Positions 7,652 to 12,833 of a DNA stretch of 12,833 nt are shown here, piece by piece. Position 1 is the first letter of the stretch. Each line of letters opens with the position of its first letter. The DNA lies in assembly GCA_044356295.1 (NCBI GenBank), contig JBIKWN010000067.1, positions 1 through 12,833 on the forward strand. Direction: 5' to 3'. A program made the position numbers and the translations under genes. The notes beneath the pieces are model-generated. The model ran no database searches and was not told the DNA's origin. It was given only the letters and a program-made list of their open reading frames with translations. The DNA comes from Bdellovibrionota bacterium (GTDB lineage: Bacteria > Bdellovibrionota_C > UBA2361 > JBIKWN01).

Positions 7652-9186
7652 TGTTACTGTTTCTTCCTGCAGTTGGTTTTCCTCTTTTAGCAGGGGCAGC
7701 ACTGGGACTTTCTTGGTGCTTCCCCTCAGAGATTTTAGGCGCATTATTTGGATGGTTAAGCGTTGCTCTCTTTGTATGGTGCGCACTTTCTTCAGAGGTA
7801 AAGCTTCGTTGGATCTATGCAGGAGCAGTGCTCACTCATGTCATCGCTTTTTCATGGCTTAACCACACGATATCTCGGTTTGGAGGGTTTGGATTTATAC
7901 CCACCGTACTAATCTTTACTTTATTTTGTACAATCTCAGCGATGCAGTTTCCCCTGTATGCGTGGGTTGCAAGGAAAATTAATTTCGATCTAAAACGTTT
8001 TGCTTTGACGACTCCCCTTGCTTGGTGCCTCGGTGAATTTTTAATTTTTCGCCTATTCCCTTGGGGCATGGGGCATTCTCAAGCTGCATTCCTTCCATTC
8101 ATACAGATTGCAGATATTGGTGGTGTACTTCTTATTAGTTTTCTGATGTTTTGGGTTGTCGAAAGCGCAATTCGATATTTCCTTTTTAATGAACGATCAA
8201 TCTGGTTTGCATTCGCTACTGTATTTTTTATTTTTAGTATCTCGTACGGACGGTTTCAGATAAAAAACTTCTCTGAGCCTGAAGGAGAGCTTCAAAAAAT
8301 TGCAGTTATTCAAGCAAATGTATCAATAGAAGATAAACATTCCCAAGCAATGATTATTGCTAATACTGAACGTTATAAAAAAATCTCTGCGAAAATCCCA
8401 GGAGCCGAAACTTTAATTATCTGGCCTGAATCTGTGATTACTGATTTTATCCCTAATTCCATAGGGTCTGTTGGAAATGATGCTCGGTTGCCATTTTTTC
8501 AATCTAATAATCCTTTGCTGATTGGTGCCTTATCGTATAACCAGAACAAAGAGATCTTTAACTCTGCGTTTGCAATTTTGAATTCAGGAACAGTTTTAGA
8601 CCCTTATCATAAACAGATTCTTATGCCGTTTGGTGAGTTTATGCCGATGGCAAGCACGTTCCCTTTTATGGAAAAACTCAATCCAAATGTACCTAATTTT
8701 ACTGCAGGTACAGAAGAAAAAATTTTCGAATACCCTATGATTCGAAGCGATGATAGTTTTTACTCTGCACGAGTAAGTCCACTGATCTGTTATGAAGACG
8801 TTTTGCCTGAGATCTCAAGACGGGCGACAGAAAAAGGAGCACAACTTTTAGTAAATATTACAAACGACGGTTGGTTCGGAGACTCACTTGCGCCCTACCA
8901 ACATGACCTCATCGCTCGGTTTAGGGCGATTGAAAACAGAAGATTTCTTGTTCGCTCTACAAATACAGGATTTACCACTCTTACTGCCCCGACAGGTAAA
9001 AGGGTTGGTAGTATTCCCTCCTTTAGCGAAGGAACCCTTCTAGCGGAAGTTACGCTCATGAGTTATATCACTCTATATACAGGTTATGTGAAGGATTGGT
9101 TAGGCTGGATAATGCTCCTGGTAGTGGCAACGCTGTTGGTAAGCCGTTATTTTGAGCCAGATCAAAGATTCAAAAAGAAAAATTGA
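7651..9186 (+). CDS. lnt: Apolipoprotein N-acyltransferase
   Basis: Multiple N-terminal TM helices, FPW, and a nitrilase-fold triad WPES (Glu), YHKQILMPFGE (Lys) and ICYED (Cys), plus TNDGWFG, RAIENRR and STNTG. The GTG start overlaps the upstream TAG. Confidence 0.95.
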   Translation: MLLFLPAVGFPLLAGAALGLSWCFPSEILGALFGWLSVALFVWCALSSEVKLRWIYAGAVLTHVIAFSWLNHTISRFGGFGFIPTVLIFTLFCTISAMQFPLYAWVARKINFDLKRFALTTPLAWCLGEFLIFRLFPWGMGHSQAAFLPFIQIADIGGVLLISFLMFWVVESAIRYFLFNERSIWFAFATVFFIFSISYGRFQIKNFSEPEGELQKIAVIQANVSIEDKHSQAMIIANTERYKKISAKIPGAETLIIWPESVITDFIPNSIGSVGNDARLPFFQSNNPLLIGALSYNQNKEIFNSAFAILNSGTVLDPYHKQILMPFGEFMPMASTFPFMEKLNPNVPNFTAGTEEKIFEYPMIRSDDSFYSARVSPLICYEDVLPEISRRATEKGAQLLVNITNDGWFGDSLAPYQHDLIARFRAIENRRFLVRSTNTGFTTLTAPTGKRVGSIPSFSEGTLLAEVTLMSYITLYTGYVKDWLGWIMLLVVATLLVSRYFEPDQRFKKKN

Positions 9187-9187
9187 A

Positions 9188-9898
9188 ATGAAAGTATTAC
9201 AACGATCTATTTTATCTCTTTTTTGTTTAGCAATGTGTGCTGGATGTGCTCCTCATGCAGGTCCAGATAAAGCTGCTGAAGGTTTGATTCTGGGTGGTGC
9301 TTGGGGAACGGGAGCCGGCGCAGTTGTTGGTAATCAAGTCGCAACTGCTGGCATGGGCGCTGCTGTTGGTGCAGGATTTGGTGCTGTTGCAGGGCTTATG
9401 ACTGGTGCTGCTTTTGATCAACTTGAATCAAATATGGTTGAGCAGCAAAAAATCCTAAATGATCTTCAAGATAAAACTGATTACAATTTTAAAACGCTTC
9501 GCTCTTTGCAAGATAACCTCGATAACAAACTTGCACTTCAACAAACCACTGGTGTGTACCAAGTTTTCTTTGACAATGATTCAACCCAGTTAAAAGCTGG
9601 AGCTATTGCAAATCTTCAAACGATTGCTGAATCAATGAAGGGATCATTGGCAACATCGATGATTTATGTGATTGGACATACGGATGATTCTGGAAATAAA
9701 GAACATAATAAGAATCTTGCCGAAGCTCGTGCTCGAGAAGTTGTGTCTTACCTTGCTAGTCGTGGAATTAGCATGGATCAGATAAAGCAAAATAGTTTTT
9801 CGGCTGACAGACCACTGGCTTCAAATGTTACACCTGAAGGGCGGCAGCTTAATCGAAGGGTTGATGTGTTTCTTGGTAGTAATGGGCAGGTTAAGTAG
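9188..9898 (+). CDS. OmpA-family peptidoglycan-binding lipoprotein with a glycine zipper
   Basis: From ATG 9188: signal peptide MKVLQRSILSLFCLAMCAGC (lipobox Cys20), Gly-zipper GGAWGTGAGAVVG...GAAVGAGFGAVAG, a coiled coil, and an OmpA_C domain VFFD...IGHTD..G...N..LAEARA...NRRVD. Confidence 0.92.
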   Translation: MKVLQRSILSLFCLAMCAGCAPHAGPDKAAEGLILGGAWGTGAGAVVGNQVATAGMGAAVGAGFGAVAGLMTGAAFDQLESNMVEQQKILNDLQDKTDYNFKTLRSLQDNLDNKLALQQTTGVYQVFFDNDSTQLKAGAIANLQTIAESMKGSLATSMIYVIGHTDDSGNKEHNKNLAEARAREVVSYLASRGISMDQIKQNSFSADRPLASNVTPEGRQLNRRVDVFLGSNGQVK

Positions 9899-10060
9899 TC
9901 GGGTACTTTCCTTCGAGCCTTTTGTAATACATTGAAATCATTAGATATTTTATCTCCGTTTTTATGCTACTCTGTTGAAAATTCTTCTATAACTTTTAAT
10001 GAACCAATTTAATGGGTTACCCCGATTAGTGGGGGATAGGTTTTTAAGAGTGAGATACTT

Positions 10061-10348
10061 ATGGGAATTTTAATTTCAAAAGCAACTTCAAATAAGATAG
10101 CAACACAACCATCTCTAATTAGTGATGAAGCTTCTCAATTATCGTCCGAAATAGCTTCAAGACCTAATGCACATACTATTGAAAGTATCCGTTCTTCAAT
10201 TCAAACGTTGGACGTTGCACCACGATACGCTGATCCTAAAGTTGAAGAGCATCATGCACTCTCTGAAAAAGGAAGTTCCCTTTTACCATTTGCTGGAAAG
10301 TCAATTCGGGTTGCTTTTGCTAACACTAAACTTCCAAGCGCTGCTTAG
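10061..10348 (+). CDS. Hypothetical protein (95 aa, Ser/Ala-rich)
   Basis: ATG ORF after a 162-bp intergenic region, with a weak GAG-type SD and codon usage resembling neighbouring genes. No family recognised. Confidence 0.5.
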   Translation: MGILISKATSNKIATQPSLISDEASQLSSEIASRPNAHTIESIRSSIQTLDVAPRYADPKVEEHHALSEKGSSLLPFAGKSIRVAFANTKLPSAA

Positions 10349-10370
10349 AGTTTAAAAAAAGTACAACATC

Positions 10371-11447
10371 GTGTCGTCTCCAAGACATCAAAAACATTCT
10401 GGTAAAAAGAAACATGCAAGTCCAGCTGCGGAAGCTGCCAATGTTGCGTTAGACTTTGCAGGCAAAAATTTAAAAACTTTTGGGATCTTTTCACTTGAAT
10501 GTTCATTCATTAGTCTCTTAGCAGCCTCTGCTGCACTTAAAAGCGCTTGGACGGGTGTTAACTCGTTCAAAGTAAAATATAGAAAGTCGGATTCATTCCA
10601 AACAAAAACAAGAAAAACAATCGCTGGTGCTCTCCTAGGCGCTGAAGCTGCACATCAAGATTATAAATCATTTTTAAAACAGCTTTCACCACACGAAAAA
10701 TTAAGGTACCGACAAAGTGTTTGGTCAGTTTTAGTCGCTAGTGTTGCAGTTGGTGGGTTCTTAAAAGCTAATAATTCATTTAATCCAGCAGAAAAACCTG
10801 GAGATCCTTCGGTTGCCCCTGTTGCTTCGTTTCGACCTGATCATGTGTTAGTTCTTTGCGCAAATACGGAACAGTATCGGCTTGTTATTCACGGATACGA
10901 AGATGGGCTTGGTGATGGGTTTGCTGGAATGGCTCAGGTACAAAGTGTTGAGAGAAACAAATGCGCGGTGGTAAATATTCGTATTCGTAACGACAATAGT
11001 CACAGAACGGTACCTCACCTCGTTATTAATGCGGAAGGTTTAGATGAAAATGGCATTAGAAATATAATTCGTCAAAATAATTTTCCTGATAAATTTAAAG
11101 TTATTGCTGCCCGTGGACATACTGGTGATATGCCAGATCTTTTAAATCTTTCAGAAAATTTTGAGGACAAAAAATGCCTTCGCATGCTTGGTGGATGCAA
11201 CGCTGCTCATTTTATTCCTCAGTATCATAGGGAAAGTGAGCCTATAACAGGGTCGCAGTACCGCGCATATGCTCCAAGAAATAACGGATGGGGAATCCTT
11301 ACTGTTGAAGCTCTTGAAAAAAGTAGGACCTGGGCGGAAGTACAAGAACACGTCTTTAGAGGTTCAAATGCAGCCAGAGAAGAACTTATCTTACCTGGAT
11401 CTGAAAAATACACAGAGCTTGTCGAATCTTATATTTCTGAATCCTAA
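10371..11447 (+). CDS. Hypothetical membrane-anchored protein, candidate clan CD (caspase-like) cysteine peptidase
   Basis: 358-codon ORF with an uncertain GTG start. Hydrophobic segments at about aa 37-56 and 117-131. The C-terminal alpha/beta region has VIAARGH250 and RMLGGC276. The CDS is very likely real; the peptidase call is inference. Confidence 0.55.
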   Translation: MSSPRHQKHSGKKKHASPAAEAANVALDFAGKNLKTFGIFSLECSFISLLAASAALKSAWTGVNSFKVKYRKSDSFQTKTRKTIAGALLGAEAAHQDYKSFLKQLSPHEKLRYRQSVWSVLVASVAVGGFLKANNSFNPAEKPGDPSVAPVASFRPDHVLVLCANTEQYRLVIHGYEDGLGDGFAGMAQVQSVERNKCAVVNIRIRNDNSHRTVPHLVINAEGLDENGIRNIIRQNNFPDKFKVIAARGHTGDMPDLLNLSENFEDKKCLRMLGGCNAAHFIPQYHRESEPITGSQYRAYAPRNNGWGILTVEALEKSRTWAEVQEHVFRGSNAAREELILPGSEKYTELVESYISES

Positions 11448-11467
11448 ATTAATCAAAATTAAAAGCC

Positions 11468-11815
11468 TTACCTTTCTTTGAAAGGTCTTCTAAATTTCCA
11501 ACCAGCATTAAGTAACTCACGAGCACTTTGATCAGAAAATGAGTAGCCCGTAAGAATATCGGTAAAAATAAGAGTAAACCTTCCCTCATTCAATTGACCC
11601 TTGAGTAGAACACTCCGCCATTTATTAGAATTGTTATCTGATGAGAGTTGATACTCTATAGTTTGTTCATTAACCGCTGCAGTGAGTATCTCTCGTTCAT
11701 GTAATATGAAACCAGAAGATTTAGAATCAGGAATAGTACCGGTAAGAAAAGAAGCAAAGAGAATCATCTCTTGGTGATGGGCTGCTTTTTCATGTTTGAC
11801 CTTCTGCAAAAACAT
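11468..11815 (-). CDS. Hypothetical protein (115 aa)
   Basis: ATG ORF that fills the gap between two genes, starting 18 bp after the enoyl-CoA hydratase stop. No family recognised. Confidence 0.55.
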   Translation of the reverse strand: MFLQKVKHEKAAHHQEMILFASFLTGTIPDSKSSGFILHEREILTAAVNEQTIEYQLSSDNNSNKWRSVLLKGQLNEGRFTLIFTDILTGYSFSDQSARELLNAGWKFRRPFKER

Positions 11816-11833
11816 GAGTCACTTTTAAAAATA

Positions 11834-12601
11834 TTATTTTCCGACTAATGAAACCATTTTTTTAGAAAAATCCGACAAGACCAACGTACCACTAATTGCT
11901 GCCCTATTAAACAGTAAAGTATCCCAATGCTCAGTGCCTTCCCAAAATACGTGCTTCATTTGCTTCATGGCGTCAGGATTATACGTTGCAAGTCGAGTCG
12001 TTAATGTACTGAGGGCTACATCGAGTGAATCGATATCATGAAATATCTCGGTATAAAGCCCCGAATCTTTACACCAAACAGCACTGCGCCAATCAGTATC
12101 GATTGCCATATATGAAAACTTAGCGACCCCTATTTTTCTTTCCAATGCAGGACCTATAAGAAATGGACCAAGCCCAAGCGCAAGTTCACTAAGCTTCATA
12201 GAAGCTGATTCAAGAGCAAACGAATAATCGCATGCGGCAACGAGCCCCGCTCCTCCTCCAACTGCTTTTCCTTGTACTCTTGCGATGACAAATTTAGGGG
12301 CAGATTTTATTGCAAGAATTACCTTTGAAAGTCTTGAAAAAAAGAGCTCACCTTCTTTCGGTGTTGTGATTGCTTTTAGTTCATCAAACGATGCGCCCGA
12401 ACAAAATGCTTTTACTCCTTCGCTTTTTAGGACGATGACTTTTGCATTTGGGTTTTCTGCGAGATTGTTGATGTGGGTGTATAATCCATCGAGGACTTCT
12501 TGAGGAAGTGAGTTACTTTTTGGATGACTAAAACAGATTGTTCCGACACCATTTTCGATTGTTGTTGTAACGTAGTGGTCGTTATTTGACATATTTTTCA
12601 T
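11834..12601 (-). CDS. Enoyl-CoA hydratase/isomerase (crotonase) family protein, probably methylglutaconyl-CoA hydratase-like
   Basis: AFCSGASFDEL oxyanion loop, PKFVIARVQGKAVGGGAGLVAACD and KLSELALGLGP. The first canonical crotonase Glu (GGGxE) is Gly and the second (SE) is kept. An alternative ATG lies at 12592. Confidence 0.9.
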   Translation of the reverse strand: MKNMSNNDHYVTTTIENGVGTICFSHPKSNSLPQEVLDGLYTHINNLAENPNAKVIVLKSEGVKAFCSGASFDELKAITTPKEGELFFSRLSKVILAIKSAPKFVIARVQGKAVGGGAGLVAACDYSFALESASMKLSELALGLGPFLIGPALERKIGVAKFSYMAIDTDWRSAVWCKDSGLYTEIFHDIDSLDVALSTLTTRLATYNPDAMKQMKHVFWEGTEHWDTLLFNRAAISGTLVLSDFSKKMVSLVGK

Positions 12602-12639
12602 TTATTTTAAGGGCTGCTATATCCCTTTTGACTTATTAC

Positions 12640-12659
12640 TCTGTATACCCTATTACAGA
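12640..12659. promoter_or_regulatory. Inverted repeat TCTGTA-N8-TACAGA, candidate operator
   Basis: Perfect 6-bp arms (12640-12645 and 12654-12659), about 40 bp upstream of the enoyl-CoA hydratase start. Confidence 0.3.
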
Positions 12660-12785
12660 ATCAAAGATGATTTCAATAACAAATAATCAGAGTATCGATA
12701 TGTCAGATGATAATCTATCAATTTTATACAATTAGTGTATCGCAGAAAAAATAGGTTAGTGATTAATACTCAAGTATTTTTTGTA

Positions 12786-12833
12786 ACGCGAAGGTCGCGA
12801 AGTACGCGAAGGATTAGATTTAGTCCTTCGCGT
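12786..12833. repeat. 9-nt-periodic CGCGAAG triple repeat with inverted copy (REP-like palindrome), truncated at window end
   Basis: CGCGAAG at 12787, 12796 and 12805. ACGCGAAGGA (12804-12813) is the exact reverse complement of TCCTTCGCGT (12824-12833). Confidence 0.85.

Noticed and set aside
9152..9187. TTG start at 9152 for the OmpA lipoprotein
   Set aside because: It overlaps lnt, while ATG 9188 gives a normal-length lipoprotein signal peptide.
10002..10028. CCCGATTA resembling a sigma28 -10 box upstream of the 95-aa orphan
   Set aside because: There is no convincing TAAA-type -35 at the right spacing, so it cannot be supported without a genome-wide motif.
10167..10355. 62-aa ORF in frame with the 358-aa ORF across one TAA (possible readthrough)
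   Set aside because: Its Leu-rich composition is typical of a shadow frame of the 95-aa ORF, and there is no evidence for TAA recoding.
10349..10361. Slippery-like T_TTA_AAA / A_AAA_AAG as a programmed frameshift joining the two orphans
   Set aside because: It lies after the TAG of the 95-aa ORF, and a -1 shift from that frame does not enter the 358-aa frame.
12667..12735. 22-codon ORF MISITNNQSIDMSDDNLSILYN
   Set aside because: No SD, very short, and in AT-rich intergenic DNA.
12786..12833. Terminal repeat as a CRISPR array or tRNA fragment
   Set aside because: The units are 7 nt with 2-nt linkers, there are no cas genes, and there is no cloverleaf or TTC loop context.

Overview
Gene-dense, AT-rich bacterial chromosomal window, probably from a diderm (it carries lnt and an OmpA-family lipoprotein). 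From left to right: the 5'-truncated E1(beta) and the E2 genes of a 2-oxoacid dehydrogenase (probably branched-chain type), rsmD, and a LysM lipoprotein on the + strand. A - strand ftsB-dciA(DUF721)-dapF-like unit follows, lying divergent from eno. After eno come nfeD, an SPFH gene, lnt and an OmpA lipoprotein. Then there are two orphan + strand ORFs, a small orphan and an enoyl-CoA hydratase on the - strand, and a 9-nt-periodic palindromic repeat cut off by the window end. No rRNA, tRNA, CRISPR array or transposase was seen. The best leads are: (1) the 358-aa orphan, which has a caspase/separase-like His-Cys motif pair behind a likely membrane anchor; (2) a DapF homolog with altered distal substrate-binding residues; (3) the terminal CGCGAAG repeat/hairpin; (4) an RsmD with APPQY in place of DPPY; (5) head-to-head eno/ftsB with possible leaderless promoters. 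All calls come from motif reading by eye; no database searches were run.
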